DNA from: Takakia lepidozioides
Lineage: Eukaryota; Plantae; Bryophyta
Assembly: GCA_030704615.1 (NCBI GenBank)
Contig: CM060732.1
Coordinates: 8,494,001 to 8,558,000 of the forward strand
Direction: 5' to 3'
DNA: 64,000 nucleotides
The notes under the pieces were generated by a model. It was not told the DNA's origin. It was given only the letters and a program-made list of their open reading frames with translations, and ran no database searches. Position numbers and translations under genes: made by a program. This document shows positions 13,365-25,985 of this stretch, in pieces; position 1 is the stretch's first letter; each line of letters opens with the position of its first letter.

Positions 13365-13949
13365 TGTATAAACCTTTGCCCACTACAGGGTCCAAAACCT
13401 CAGAAAACGGCAATGAACGCGTGTGGATGGTGTCTTCGTAGTTTCTGCAAAAAAACATGCCGCCGGAGAGCCGAAAATGGCAAAATGGTGATACGATGAT
13501 TGAACCGTGAACAAGTGTGTGGGACTAACCAATAGAAAACCAACAAACACCCCCCCCCCCCCCAAAATAATCACCTTTGCACCTCCCGTTGGCAGTGCCA
13601 AGCAACGAAGTCCGAAAGGACTACAGGATGCCAAGGAACCGCACCACGAGAAGGGCAAAAGTGATCAGAAAATGAGGGGAAAATGGTTTATATAAGCGCC
13701 CACCACCCCCCCCCTCCCAAAAAAATGGCATTATGCTTGAAAATGAGCGATAGGCCAGTGGCGCCTCGCCATGCGCACCCACATAGGAGAGGTCAAGGGT
13801 TCAAAACCACCTCCCCCCATCCCATTTGTTTCGTTTTCCCTGACCCGTGGCACCTCGCCACGTGGCTGGCCAGGCGCCGCTTCATGATTAAAAAATTAAA
13901 AACAAAACGCCATACGGCGGGTCCCTGGATTTCTAAGGGAAAAAAAAAC

Positions 13950-14647
13950 ACGCGACCGCCGCATGGCGGTCGCTATATTTATAAAAACAATAAAAACGAC
14001 CGCCACATGGCAGTCGCTTAATTCAAGATTCAAAATATAAATAAGCGACCGCCGCTAAATGGCGGTCGTTTCATTTAAAAAAATATATTAAGTAAGCGAC
14101 CACCAAACGGCGGTCGCTTAATTTAAGAATCAAAATCAAATCGAGCGACCGCCTCCAAATGGCGGTCGCTGCATTTTAAAAAAATTAACTGAAGAAGCGA
14201 CCGCCAAATGGCGGTCGCTTTATTTAAGAATAAAAATAAAAATAAGCGACCGCTGCTAAATGGCGGTCGCTGTATTTTTATAGAATATATCAAAGATATA
14301 ATAATAATAATATAATAAAGTGCGAGCGACCGCCAATCTGGGCAGTCGCTTCATTTAAAACATAATAAACTTCAATCGACCGCCAATATGGGCGGTCGCT
14401 TTTATTTTTAAAATAATAAATTATATGCGACCGCCAATATAGGCGGACATTTTTTTATAAGGAATTAATAAATACTAATATATGGCCACGTCTGTTTTAC
14501 ACCATGGCTGTCATGTCATTACAAATATTAGAAGTAAATCGTAAAAATCAAATGTAAAAAAATTACATGGGTAAACGTCCGGATTCGACGTGACGTGACG
14601 CACGTCGGACGTGTCAGCGCCACGTCACGTCAGGAATGATAACTAGG
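13950..14647 (-). mobile_element. Second, inverted copy of the element terminus seen at 2958, with its palindrome array
   Basis: Reverse complement of ~14460-14647 aligns to ~2958-3180 (CCTAGTTATCATT(T/C)CTGACGTGACGTGGC...GACGTTTACCCA...TACGATTTACTTCTA). GCGACCGCC palindromes at 13950-14450. Confidence 0.85.
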
Positions 14648-14758
14648 CTTCGGGACAAATCACCACAAGGTACTCTTCATCCCTTTCACAATTTGTCCGC
14701 TTGCACAACTAGTGGATGTGCGCACACTGGCAGCATTTGACATTCTGCATCTGAACAG

Positions 14759-14958
14759 TTCCCATTGTACACGTTGATGGTCTTCGACGAGTGGCTTAAC
14801 GGTATACCAGTTGCGTACATTATATGTGCGCGTGAGTGGACAACAGACCTGGTGCCGTGGATGGCAGTATTGCGGGACTCACTCCTCGCAGAAATGCCGG
14901 ACTGGCGACCCAATGCCTTCATTATGGATGATGCCGATGCCGAAATAAATGCCATTAC
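14759..14958 (+). pseudogene. Mutator/MULE transposase DDE-domain exon
   Basis: FPLYTLMVFDEWLNGIPVAYII...WRPNAFIMDDADAEINAI matches the MULE domain pattern. Bounded by an AG acceptor (14758) and a GTAAGT donor (14959). Confidence 0.8.
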
Positions 14959-15109
14959 GTAAGTTTCACATACCCTCATGTACACTCGCGTGCAAGTCCA
15001 CTGCGTGCGTGCAAGTCCACTGTCTCTTGGGCAAGTCCCCTGCCATACAACACAGTCATTTATGCAAGTCCGGCCCATTCCTTTCTGCAAGTCTGCTGGC
15101 GTTCAGTCT

Positions 15110-15560
15110 GCTGATAATGACACACTTGCGCAAATCTGCTGCAAGGTCAATCTGGTCGGGTCTATTGCCAGCAAAGTCTGGGTAAGTCTGCTGCCGGCCT
15201 CCTAAGGGCAAGTCCGCTGGAAGACTCACTTGCGTGAGTCCGGTGCGAGGTCAGTCTGGTCGGGTCTGCTGCCAGCAAAGTCTGGGTAAGTCTGCTGCCG
15301 GCATCCTAAGGGTAAGTCCGCTGGCAGGCCAGTCCGCCGGAGAGGACTGTTTGCAAGCAGTCCGCTGCAAGACTCACTTGCGCCAGTTTGCTGCGAGGTC
15401 AGTCTGGTCCAGCAAGTCCGCTGGCAGGCGAGTCCGCCGGAGGGGACTGTTCGGAAGTCTGCTGGCAACCCAGTCCGCTCGGAATGCCCTCTGGCCAAGT
15501 CCATTGCAAGACTCACTTACGCAAGTCCGCTGCAAGATCAGCGTGATCAGGTTTGCTGGC
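15110..15560. repeat. ~100-bp degenerate tandem repeats built from AAGTC(T/C)GCTG motifs
   Basis: TCTGGTCGGGTCT...GCCAGCAAAGTCTGGGTAAGTCTGCTGCCGGC at ~15150 and ~15255, with further partial copies. Confidence 0.8.
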
Positions 15561-16585
15561 GGTCTCGTGAGGGCAACACTCATGGCAGGTCAGAGTGGGC
15601 GAGTCTGCTGGCTGAATCCGTTGGGCAAGTCCACTGGAATAGACGGACAGACCAGTCCACCAGAGAGTCTACTGGGTTAGTGCCCAAGTCTACTCAACCA
15701 GTCTTTTGGCGTCTGAAGCAGTCTGCTGTACCAGTCTCCAACCAGTCTTCTGAACCAGTCTGCTGAACCAGGCTTCTGCTCAGTCTGCTGCCAGTCCTTG
15801 AACCATTGTGCTCATAGGCTTGTAAACAATTTGACCTGTCTATAAGCAGGAAAACAAAGTATGCAAGGTGCGGAGTATGCAGTCTCCTGAGCAAACCAGT
15901 CTCCTGGTTCTGAACTGGCCTGCATTCGGCTGACCAGTGACCCTCATGCGATCTACCTATCAGACTCGCCATTTTGAGCACGGTGGACCCTCACTTACTC
16001 TGCTGACCAGACTTGGCAGACTACTGGCCAATGCCATCCGCCTGTACTGTAGCACTCTGGTGACTCTCGGCAGTCTGTTGACTAGTGGACTCTCAGCACA
16101 CATGCTCTTCAGACTAGGACTCATGGTTCCCAATCCCATCTGCCAGTGTGCCGGACTGGTGCCATCTCCTCAATCTGTCGGACTCTCGTCAGTCTGGCAA
16201 CATTGCCCTCTCCTAACGTCTGCTCACCAGCCTAGGCATACTCTCTTCACGTACTCTGGCAGTCTGCTGACTCTCAGCTGTTTGCTGACCAATGGACTCC
16301 CTTGGTATGTTAAACATAATGATTGTGTGTGCTTGCACTGTGCAAGGGTAAGTCCGCTTAACAGCATGCAGTGAATTGGTCACAAGTCTACAGCGAGGAC
16401 TCCACACTATGCACACTCATCATTGACCAATAGGATGTGTATGCAAAGGCATACTCATCTTTTATTTCGTTGCAAATGCTGAAAAACATGCGTACATGAC
16501 AAATGCGTCTTATGGTGCACCTCTAATCTCGGGCCCATACATCCTATCTATCAAGAAACTGCTTTTTCAGCAGTGACCAAACCAT

Positions 16586-19500
16586 TCAAGATGTACTTAA
16601 CCGTTGGCCAAGTGCAAACTTGAACGTAAACCAGCTTTTTGTGAAAGGTACTCCTCTCTTTGCCCTTTTAGAAGAGGTTCGACTATGCCCACTTTGAAGC
16701 CATTCATAATATCCTTGGATAATTGACATGACATAAAACCTACATTCCCAGCTGAATGGCTGTTGGGGCACGTCAGGTTGGTTGAACTGAAATGCCCTAA
16801 CCTCCTCCCAACCCGGTGAATCAACACTGTAGCCTAAACACTCTGCATGCAGCTTCCGTATCCATGACAAAACATATGGGCAACCATGCAAAGACTCGAT
16901 GGAGTTCATATGAGTGTAGCAGCCTTTCCGCACGTCGATGACAACAACACTCTAGTGCCTCCTGCAAGACTCACGGCAGCACACTCTCAGCCCATAGTCC
17001 TCTCAGTAGACCACTCCAACTGACTCTCCAGTAGACTCTGCAGACTTGCAAGTAGGCTGGGTCTTGGTCCTAGTACACTCAACAAACTCATGACTCAGTA
17101 GACTCGGCATAATGAGCAGACTTAGCAGACTCAGGAGAGTGGGCAGACTGAGCAGACTGTCCGAACTCAGAGAGGCTGGTAAGAACGGTCTGACCTCATT
17201 CAAAAGACTGGGTAGACTTGCCAGACTGAGCAGACCGAGGGACTACTCACGAAAGGCCGGTAAGAATGGACTCACCTCATTCAAAAGACTGGGCAGACTT
17301 GCCAGACTGAGCAGACTGAACGGACTCAACCAGCAACAGGCCGGTATGAACGGACTGACGTCATTCAAAAGATTGAGCAGACTGGCTCGACAAAACAGAC
17401 TGGGTATGCAAGATCTTACTCCTCCACAATCGGAACGATTATATGATGGCAGTCTTTTATGTCTTTGCCGAGCCAAGGGACGCTCTAGCAAGAATGCAGA
17501 TTGTCCACTAGCCTTTCCCATGGCCCGTCCCAGTATGTCATCATAAGAGACCACGTTGAGGCTGGCAGAAGAGCAATAGTACTTGAGTACTTCTCCTCAA
17601 CCGTCTTCTCATAGAAACGACACCACAGCTCCAACATTCTATCTGTGCACTGGACTGACTCCACCGTCTCAAGTGGCTTCATGTCCGGAGGCCCGATGGA
17701 GCACTCATACCGGGTCGCCTTCATTAAACTCAACCATGGCATGGCCGGCCACCACATGCCGTCGCATGACCGCGGCAAAACGAGAACCCAACCTGCACAC
17801 AACACACGGCCTTGTATGAAAACCCATGAGGTATATAGCCAACCCATAAACCCAATTCTGAGCAGACTGGAGTGACCAGACTCAGCAGACTGGGAGGACT
17901 ACTCACTTGTGCATTTGTCGCTGAAGAACCACTTTCTTGTCCGCATCCAATGCCATTTTGCGGTCCTTGTTCATGAACACATCGGACTTCCCTTTCTTCG
18001 TAGGTTTCTTTGCAACAGGACCCTCGCGAACTTCCTGAGACTGCTCTATGACAGTTTGCTTCTTCGCTCTACTTGTGCCCTGGGATTCAGCGACTACTGT
18101 GGCCAGGTTGGATTCAGCAGACTGACGAAGTGATGCGGTCCTGCTTCACAACACGACCGTGTCTGCAGGTTTGTTCACACTTGTAGGACCTGTCCTGGCA
18201 GCCTCACGGGTCGCATGCGTTGAACTAATCCGTGCATCTGGCGACGTTGTAAGTAAGCCACCTTTTCTGGTTGTGGAGCCAACGTTCGCAGCATGGGCGG
18301 GTTGTGGAATTGTCTTGTAGGGAAACGGTGTCCCGATGTCCGTGGGGCGAACATCCTGTAGGTACAGTAGATTCTGTCAATACACGGAAATAGAACATAA
18401 ATCTGAAATCACAGAGGTGAAAGACGGCAGGGCACAGCCTGTACGGCATCATTGGAAGGAAGCGCATAGGCAGACTGCTCCTCTGCATGAAGGCCCAAGT
18501 CCGGACCTGCTGTAGCCAAGGGCACTATGACAGACTCTGTGTGCGCGGCATGTTGGCCCTCAGTCTGTCCAATGTCAGCGTCAGTCTGCTGCTCAGAGTC
18601 CTCAGTCTGGTCAGTCTGGTGCCTAGTCTGCTCCTTGCTTTGGTCAGTCTGCTGTTCAGTCTGGCGGACACTCTCGTGGGCGGGGAGAACGCCCTATTGC
18701 CAAGGGCACTATGACAGACTCTATGTGCGCGACATATTGGCCCTCAGTCTGTCCATGTTCAGCGTCAGTCTGCTGCTCAGTGTCCTCAGTTTGGTCAGTC
18801 TAGTGCTCAGTCTACTCCTTGCTCTGGTCAGTTTGCTGTTCAGTCTGGTGGACACTCTCATGGGCGTAGAAAGGTGGTCTGGTCTTCCAAGGAGAGGATC
18901 AATCTATCAACTTGCAAGTCAACTGTCTCTTCAGGGTCTGATGTAGAAAAAACTTGACTACCGCCGACATCTAAATTATCCGCGGCAACTACGTCCTCAA
19001 GTTCTTCAGTAAGGTCAATGATACGGGGTTGAGTTCCCAACAATGAAACCACAATGTACACTGCTGGCATTGTGAAGGACTGGGGTCGGGCACATTACCA
19101 TGACTGTGGTGGTACGTGGACTGCCCTAGAGCTTCGACTCCCTGGGAGGCAAAGTATTGAGGAATCAGAACGAAAACGCAAAGAAAAGACCATGGACTTC
19201 AGAACGGTCCAGAAGAAGCCGACATTACCTTCTAGGAGGTTGCCAATGAGACCAATATCTTTGATTTGGCGTTCCAAGCATGCTCCATCGAGATGGCGAA
19301 TCGTTGGCATGTGGTATTCAAATGGGGAGCCGCACCAGAGGACTTTGAACACATTTGGTCTGTTCAAGACAATGTCGAACACTGCTCGCTCCATTACCGC
19401 AGCAAACCATTGCAACGCCTCATCCACAACACTCTTCTCACCCGCATCCGAATCTGAATGAAACAAATACTTCCTCAAACTTTGCAGTTCCTTTACCAAT

Positions 19501-20252
19501 TTACTGTATGAACGGAAATTGCCGAACTGCATCCATCGATGGTGAAGGAAGGAATTAGCAATGCGATCAAAGTACTCTCAAGTAATTCCAAACAAGTGCT
19601 TTCCCCGCACCCCAAAGGTAGGATGTGCCATGGGCATATGTCTGAGTTCCTGAGGCCGTGGGTCATCCATGAGGATTAATTGGACAAGCAGTGGCGGGGC
19701 ATTTTGGACCTTTGTGGTTGCCAGGGCAACAGAATGTGCGCTTTCGAGAACTTCATTCGCTTCTGCCATAGTAAATTCCATGGAATAATGAAAGGGAACA
19801 AATGGCCACCGGCCGTCCGTGACAATGCGATGGAGTTCATTATACCAATCCACATTGGCATTGACTTCCCCCACCCTCAGTCGGGCAAGTATCAAGTCCA
19901 CAGCTTCGGGATCAATGATCGGCAATGGCGAGCGCCAAACTCCAAAAAGTCCCGCGGTGGTCGTGAGAATGGGAGTGTGCTGGGTGGGAGTCCGCTCAAT
20001 GGGAGTCTGCTGGCTTGGAGTCCGCTCGATAGCACTGTGGTGGATGGGTGTCTTCTGGGTGGCAGTCTGCAGGCTGGGAGTCTCCTGAATAGTAGTATGG
20101 TGCCTCGGAGTCTCCGGAATAGCAGTCTGCTGGCTGGGAGTGGCGGAGACTCCAAAATTGAATAGACTCATATGCCACTGCACGGACAGTCCAACAGACG
20201 GAAGGTTCAACAGACTGACGAAGAGACCGACGTAGAGTAATTTGCGCGACAA
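16586..20252 (-). pseudogene. Multi-exon Ulp1/SENP (peptidase C48) SUMO-protease-like gene, probably MULE-borne, with a long unknown N-terminal region
   Basis: Last exon: H*SVVVIDVRKGCYTHMNS...DVPQQPFSWECRFYVM (HW, D, Q and C catalytic motifs; W changed to stop). Previous exon ends KDCHHIIVPIVEE at a GTAAG donor. ORFs 20252-19578, 19532-19095 and 19070-18858 are one frame broken by two stops; their linkage to the protease exons is inferred. Confidence 0.75.
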
Positions 20253-21049
20253 CAGATTGATTTCTAACAGATTGATTTCTAACAGACTGATATCCCAAAA
20301 GACAAAGTATCCCCTAGGCGACCGAGTGATGCAGGAGTAGAGCCGAGTTCAGACGCGGCGCGAGATCACTGGCGCCCCTTCCCGGCGTCGTTGCATAAAT
20401 AGGTCCAGTTGACTTACACGTGATCATAATGACGGCTCAACAGACCCAACACAAACAGACTTGCGCTACAGCAGACTGATTTCGTGACAGTCTAGCTGAC
20501 TGATATCAGAAGAGACCGACAGACCAGCAGTCCGACGGCTCAGCAGACTCACAGCAATGCGGATAATGAAAATGTAGTAATTTAACGGACTCATATATGA
20601 AGAAATGGACTTCCAGCTGACCGACGGTTCAACAGACTGACGAGAGAAGAGACTTCGGGGATAAGACGAGAGAAGAGACTTCGGAATTTGGCAGGCAGTG
20701 ACGGCCCACTAGTCCACTGAAGAACAGACTCGCGCCACAACAGACTGGTATCCCTACATACCAACAGTCCAGCAGACCAGACTGATATCCCATCAAAACC
20801 ACGCTTGGCGTCGCCGTCATGCCGTGGTTGCATTTCATCCGTCCAGCAGACTTACATATGCCCATACTCATGGCACAACACACTGCTTAGACAAAGACGC
20901 AGTCAAAGAGCTTGTTGATCCATGCGCATTTGCACGAGACAGCAGGGGCAACCTGGCTTGGACATAAATAAATGACGCAGGGGATGGCAAGTTACAATAA
21001 TCACATGTCACAAGGAGAACAAAGGGGAAAGGGAACCAGAAAGGTACTT

Positions 21050-23800
21050 ATCTGGGTGAAATGTCAGAAAGAGACGAGAACTGAGGTCAGCACAGTGCCT
21101 GCCACTTGAAAGGGAGGAGAAACAGGAGGCCACTGCCACTTGCAACAAACAAGACCACTGTCAATACAAGAGGAGCAACAAGAAACAAAGGGAAGGATAC
21201 ACAAGAAGCCAAGGGACATGCAAAGCACGATGAATGGAGTAGACAACAAGGAAAAGATAGTGGACAACAGAGGAGCAGTAGACTTAGCTGCTGAGACATG
21301 TGCATGGGAGGTGTTCATGAAGTACCGGACCAATGATGAAGTGACAATGTATGAGGAAAAGGGGCCAATGGAACCTGCACAAACAGATCAACACCACTAG
21401 CAGACGAGAGAAGTCCATTTGGAAGAACACCAGAAATGCTCCAGGGAAGTGATGATAGAAGACAAACATACTAAAAATAAATAATAATAATTAAAAAAAA
21501 ATGAAGGGCTTAACTTCTTTTGAGCCCAGTAAGGACAGCGAGAAAATGAGGCACCTGCACACAAAGCAGGACATGCCGAGTGAGGATACAGTCACTACAA
21601 TTACAGACAGTTACTCTGGGAAGATTGAAAAATAGAGTACAGACGGCCACATGATAGTGGAAGAAGTGAAAGATAGAAACAGACTGCGAGAGATGGAAAG
21701 GCTTGAGCCAAGTGAGTGTGGCCAAGTAGAGTCATCAAAGTTGGGCACAACAAAGGGTTGGTTATGGGAGGATGAAGAAAAGAATGACAAGTCACGGGCA
21801 GGCCTACACAAATGGAAGGAGAAGACGGAGATGGGCAACCAAATGGGTGGAAGCTCACCAAGGTAAACGGGGTATGGAGGAAGCCACAACGAGGGATCTG
21901 ATGAAGCACCAAGAGAAGAACCACCACCAGTCAGATTGAAAAGACCATGACAAGGATGGGTCTACTGGTACTGTAGACCGAAGCACCAAAGGGTGCAATG
22001 CCAAACCCAAATGAGTGAGGACCAAGTGTTGCAAAGGTTACTTGACATTCGGATGGGAGATGATACACCTAGTATAAACATGGTAATGACAAGGAGTCAG
22101 GGATTGGAGGCACAGGACCATGATGAACAACAAAGAAAGAGAAGAAGTGACCATGAGTTGGAAAAGGATGATGACAATGACAGGCAGGAGCAGGAACAAA
22201 TCAGTGGAAGGGAAGATCATGAGACCACTGAAAGCAATCAAGAATGGGGGCAGGGGCAAAGGGAAGAGTACTTCCTGGAATCCAAGCGCAGTGGTGAGGC
22301 AGGAGAGGAGATACAGTCACACAGAGAAGAATCACGAGAGCAGGGACATGGCGATGCTTACATCAGTGCGCCACAATCACCGGAGGAAGAAGAACTACTG
22401 GCAGTCATGGTTAGTAGGAGAAGTAAGCCTCATCACTAAGGAAATGCAGGTGAAGTTGTTACAAGCAGCAAAGAATGAGCAAGAGCAATGGATATGCGAA
22501 GACACACAAGAAAGGATAGAGGAAAGAAGTGCGGATATACTGGACGACATACAAGCAATGCATCTGATCACGTTTGGGCAGCCCAATGACTACTTGGATG
22601 ACAATGAAATCAGGAGGGTAAGAAGAAAAACGGCGGGATACAAATTTGAAGGAGAGAAGCTCACCTTCAACGACAAATGGGTGCCAGAGAAGCGAATCAG
22701 GGAGGAAATCGTTCGTAACATACATGCAGAGATCGGACACTATGGAATTAGCAGGGTACAGAGGGAGGTATGCAGAATTTGTTTTTGGCACAACATGATG
22801 AAGACAATCAGGCTGGTGCTAAGAACGTGTGTGGAGTGTCAAAAGGCAAAAAATGCGGCACCATTGCGATTAGGAATGAGAGAATTGCAGAGCATCCCTG
22901 TAAAGGATATCTTCTATCGAATTGCACTGGACACAGCAGGACCATTACCAGAATCAAACGAGGGAAACAAATATGCCCTAATTGCAGTCGACCACTTCTC
23001 AAAATGGATAGAGGTGAGCGCAATAAAGGATCACACCTCTCAGCTGGCTGCCCGGTTCTTTGAAGAGGAGGTGATATATCAATATGGAGTGCTGCATTCA
23101 GTGCTCACGGATCATGGATCAGAGTGGCCAAAGGAGTTTGAGGCCATATGCATGAAGTTTGCCATCAAACACGAGAGGTCAGCACCTTATTGGCCCCAAT
23201 GCAACGGGATGGTGCAGAGATTGATTCGGTCACTTAAAGAAAGCATGCTCACACTTAGCCTGCAAGGGAACAAAGAGTGGGATAGAGCTCTTTACAAGGT
23301 GGCATTTGGATACAGGGTGGGAATACAAGCATCAATGAACCTCTCACCCTACATGGTATTGACAGGAAGAACAATGAGGCTTGGAACAGACAACAGATTT
23401 CAGCATATTGCGGAGCTCGTCGAGCTCACGGACGATGAACAGGCAATGCGCCAGATGATGGAAGGCAAATTGGAACTCATTTGAACAGATGGAGGTCACT
23501 TTGAGGGAAAATGTGGGTGAAGCATAGAAGGCACAACAAAAAGCATATGCAGCAAGAAATGCAGGAGGAAATGAACTCATTGAATTGCAGGCAGGAGCGT
23601 TGGTTATGATGCTACGACCTAGAAAGAAGAAGAACTGCATGGAGTCATCCTGGGAGGGGCCGTATGCATTCAAGGGCTACGTTGACAAGCATCCTGAGCG
23701 AACAAAGAAAGAAGGTGAGCGGACTTGTCTGCTGGAAGATGGAGCTGGTAAGTGTTGGAGCAGAGCGCGACGGGACTTGAAGCAGCTACATGTGAGCTAA
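21050..23800 (+). mobile_element. Decayed Ty3/gypsy LTR retrotransposon: integrase region (~22440-23800) and purine-rich upstream coding remnant
   Basis: H2C2 finger HAEIGHYG...CVECQK. rve core RIALDTAGPLP...VDHFSKW...TDHGSEW...PQCNGMVQR (catalytic E changed to Q). C-terminal WEGPY. Stops at 23484 and 23527. No RT/RNase H seen and no LTR pair found. Confidence 0.9.
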
Positions 23801-24075
23801 AAACGGGAGTGCTTACATCTGTAGGGTGAAAGCACGTAACTCAGGGAGTTGCAGGGGAAAGCCAGAGCAAGGAGGGTTTTGGGGTCAAGGATGAGTTCGC
23901 GATTTTTCGTTGGCTACAAACCGGATGAAGTTGACGATTTATCATTAGAGCGTGGATTGAGCTCTAGATGGATGACCAGCAAGAATAAGGGCATGACTTT
24001 TCATTAAGCGGATGAATGAGGGGTTGACAAGAGAGTAAAAGGTCGGTTTCTCGTTGTAGGGATGAAGATTGCAGT

Positions 24076-25157
24076 CACTACAGGAAAAGGGGGGGGGGGG
24101 GGGGGGGGGTTCGACGCCGGGGCCACGCCGCACCCACGCGGGGGCGTCGTAAAACAGCCCTTTTTCGGACAGGGGGGAAAAACCAAATTTGCGACGTCCG
24201 GGCGTCGCAAGCCCGTCGCCAAAAAAACGTCGCAAATTTGCGACCAATGGGGGTCACAAAAAGGCGAAACCGCGATTTGCGACGCCTGGGCGTCGCAACG
24301 AAAAAAAAAAAAAACCTACTCTGCATTGCAGAATTAGCACCGTCCGGGGGTCGCAAAGTGCGACGCCCGGACGTCGCAATTTAAGGGGGTACATTTGAAT
24401 TTAGGCGGAAAAATTTGAATTTGAATTTTGAATTTCAAAAACTTGTTGACCATTGACTCCGGTTCTGTCTAATGACGATATGTTCATTGTTCTACATATA
24501 TCATGCACTGCATACTTGAACCTAAGACCTCCACGTTATAACATTTCTAAGACACTACAGACTAACCAACACACCTATGCTACATCTATGTATCACAAAA
24601 GCAATCTATATATATAAATAAATATATATATATACATATGAACATTTCCTTCAAGTTCCTTCTAAGGGGGTCCCTCTTGTGACGACTGGGAGTTGCAACC
24701 TCCACAACCTTAGTGCCCAGCCCCAGCCCCAGCCCCAACGTCATCGCCGTTATTGCACCCCCCCACCACCAGGCGCCCCTAGCGACGTCCTTGTGAGTGT
24801 TGGCCGTCCCAACGCGGGGTGCCCCCAGCGACGCTTTTGTGAAGTTGAGGGCCGCAAAGCCAAAAAAAAAAAAAAAAAAAACTCTCATTGTGGTGATGCT
24901 GTTGCGACGCCCTGGCGTCGCAGAGGAGCTGGGGTGCCCTCAATGATGCTTTTGCGACGCCGGGACGTCGCAAGAAAAAAAATCCGTCGCAGCGAGGGCC
25001 TTTTTTCCCCCTTCATGCCACCTTGCGATGGTTGGGCGTCGAAATGGTGACGCAGTGGGAGATTGCGACGCCAAAAAGAGCCCGCGTCGCGGGCTCAGTG
25101 CCGCACGGGGCATGGGGGCGCGGCTGGCGTCGCAAACCCCCCCCATTTGCTGAAGTG
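24076..25157. mobile_element. Non-autonomous CACTA/EnSpm element (1082 bp) inserted downstream of the gypsy integrase
   Basis: Left TIR CACTACAGGAAAAGGGGGGG. Right TIR (reverse complement) CACTTCAGCAAATGGGGGGG. Subterminal TGCGACGCC-N-GGGCGTCGCA palindromes at both ends. 3-bp flanks AGT/ACT (2 of 3 match). Confidence 0.85.
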
Positions 25158-25985
25158 ACTAATAAAAGAGCTGCAGCGGTAATTTAGCAACAAGAATGCC
25201 ATATCAAATATTAGCAAGTGGCATGCAGCTAAAGGGTGGTTGAGAAACAAAACACGTAGCTGTAGTATGTTTTTAGAAGCTGATGGGCCTGTGGCACAGA
25301 GGGGGATAAGACCCGGTGGCCGCCATTTTTAATGTCCAAAAGCTGTAGTATATTAAATATTGTTGGCTTGCTACTAAATAATCACGTGAAGGAGGCAGCA
25401 TGATAGGATCAATCCTACGATCAGACTAGCTATAAGTCCAGCAGCGGATGGTGGTCAGTTTTCTCGCTCTCGTTTTTTGGTTTGTACTGGTGGACGTTTC
25501 CTGAAGTAAAGCACTGATGTTGCCGTGAAGCTGAGGGTCTTGAGAGATTATGGACTTGAAGTAGAATTTAGCAACTAACACTGAGGGGTAGGCATCATGA
25601 TGTAGTTAGAGAGTTAATTTGGAATCAATCATTTGCAAAGTAGTGAAGCAAATCTGCAGTCACGTAGACTAATTAGTACATGCTTGCTGAAAATGATGAA
25701 GTCATAGATAGAATACAAATTGACATAACATGTAGTGGCATAGTTCAACTAAGCAATGTAGTACATAGCCAAGTGGAAGAACGTTAGAGTCACCAGTACG
25801 CATGACCATCGGAAGGACGTTGGACGTGGGCTTCACAAGCGGGCCACCATGCGAATGGTGAATGATGCTCCAGGGATACGGAAGTGAATGAGCAAGTAAC
25901 AAGGCATATATTCACTCTCCATGGATAAAAAAGAAAGAGACTAGAGAACATGCTGAATGAATAACAAACTTACCATTTATGCCAG

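Noticed and set aside
13381-13395. Isolated CACTAC motifs (also at ~49363)
   Set aside because: No matching inverted end or adjacent subterminal repeats found.
3236-14450. CRISPR-like appearance of regularly spaced palindromes (also 29455-29890 and 50950-51240)
   Set aside because: Repeats are degenerate, spacers are low-complexity and similar to each other, there are no cas genes, and the context is eukaryotic TE DNA.
25240-25905. Possible 3' LTR of the gypsy element
   Set aside because: TG...CA candidates and purine tracts exist, but there is no second LTR or TSD in the window to fix boundaries.
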